Positions 63,510-64,000 of a stretch of DNA of 64,000 nucleotides are shown piece after piece (positions within the stretch are counted from its first letter, which is position 1; each line of letters starts with the position of its first letter). The notes under the pieces are model-generated. The model had not been told where the DNA came from. It made no database searches and saw only the letters and a program-made list of their open reading frames with translations. The translations under genes and the position numbers were made by a program. The stretch is from Bacteroidota bacterium (GTDB taxonomy: Bacteria; Bacteroidota; Bacteroidia; NS11-12g; UBA955), in contig JAGXTF010000013.1 in the NCBI GenBank assembly GCA_018333525.1, positions 24,912 to 88,911 of the forward strand, given 5' to 3'.

Positions 63510-64000
63510 TTACAAATTATCTAAAATATCCATGATTTCTGACTTGGTTTTTTCGACCGGGTCGAGTGAATCGATTTTGTTTTCTTCAGTGGTTATTACT
63601 TTCGAATCATAATAGTATTTATCACCGATCCTGGCAACTGCCACCAATCTGAATTTTAAACCTTCAGGCAGCGTATATCTGGATGGAATAGCAAATAATT
63701 TGGTATCGAATTCCCCGGGCAACCTAAAAACGCCATAGTTATCTTCCTGTATAGCGAAAACCGAGGTATTGGTATTCCCAAATGCAGCAGGTAATTTTAC
63801 TTTTAATCTGATTTGTTTACCAGCACCATTATAGGCATATTGGTCACAATTCACCCATTTGTATTTGCATTTCAAACGAAACATGGTATCCTTCCAGAAA
63901 AACATCGAAGAATCCTGACGGAATGTGGTATCCGTCCAAGGATTATCATCCCTGCCTGAAACACCGTCATTAATTTCATTCCAGTCATTGCCATCAGTAG
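63510..64000 (-). CDS. Hypothetical protein, 5'-truncated by the window edge
   Basis: The reading frame stays open upstream of the track's Met at 63905 through to position 64000 (...TDGNDWNEINDGVSGRDDNPWTDTTFRQDSSMFFW...). Confidence 0.6.
   Translation of the reverse strand, partial: TDGNDWNEINDGVSGRDDNPWTDTTFRQDSSMFFWKDTMFRLKCKYKWVNCDQYAYNGAGKQIRLKVKLPAAFGNTNTSVFAIQEDNYGVFRLPGEFDTKLFAIPSRYTLPEGLKFRLVAVARIGDKYYYDSKVITTEENKIDSLDPVEKTKSEIMDILDNL

Noticed and set aside
1-64000. Search for CRISPR arrays, tRNA/rRNA genes, transposases, integrases, phage genes, toxin-antitoxin pairs, reverse transcriptases and long direct repeats.
   Set aside because: None was seen. The only repeated coding material is the diverged tandem paralogue pair at 19509-22376 and the two Zn-ribbon mini-genes.

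Overview
The window looks like a chromosomal core region of a Bacteroidota-type genome. The taxonomic inference rests on three things: many TAnnTTTG -7-type promoter boxes, two proteins with T9SS-type C-terminal sorting domains, and an alternative complex III (ACIII) operon. I count about 57 protein-coding genes and find no rRNA, tRNA, CRISPR array, transposase or integrase. The main blocks, left to right, are as follows. (1) rocD, then a large TolB-propeller/beta-barrel protein. (2) A cell-shape operon, mreB-mreC-mreD-mrdA-rodA, followed by mnmD. (3) An FG-GAP/CRTAC1-like lipoprotein, a small basic ORF, a PAP2/haloperoxidase-like lipoprotein and an orphan ORF. (4) valS. (5) Two tandem paralogous T9SS cargo proteins. 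(6) The six-gene ACIII operon actABCDEF on the minus strand. (7) Envelope genes: GT2, a TPR protein and a lytic transglycosylase. (8) A beta-CASP RNase-like gene, yhhQ and a His-rich membrane protein. (9) A class III PHA synthase locus: a MaoC hydratase divergent from phaE-phaC, plus a hydrolase. (10) An unusually long rpsA. (11) An S8 protease. (12) A run of small or poorly characterised genes: a Zn-ribbon protein, VOC, an RdhA-like Fe-S protein, a CX3CH lipoprotein and DUF1003. (13) A carbamoyltransferase with two small membrane proteins (SxtI/J/K-like) and a Gfo/Idh/MocA oxidoreductase, divergent from a GT-C/TPR glycosyltransferase. (14) MBL hydrolase, map and two tandem mini zinc-ribbon genes, divergent from a secreted patatin. 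(15) A BtuF-like protein, SPFH and cystathionine beta-synthase. I found no recognisable defence or mobile system. The candidates most worth follow-up are: the SxtIJK-like carbamoylation module, including a 50-aa gene missing from the ORF track; the tandem acidic-tailed zinc-ribbon mini-proteins; the recurrent TAnnTTTG-N4/5-start-codon architecture, which suggests leaderless mRNAs; selective perfect Shine-Dalgarno sites, including one upstream of a TTG-initiated rpsA; the HhH-tailed S1 protein; and two promoter/terminator-bracketed orphan small transcription units at 14.5 and 16.2 kb. All functional calls come from reading motifs in the translations by eye. No database search was run.
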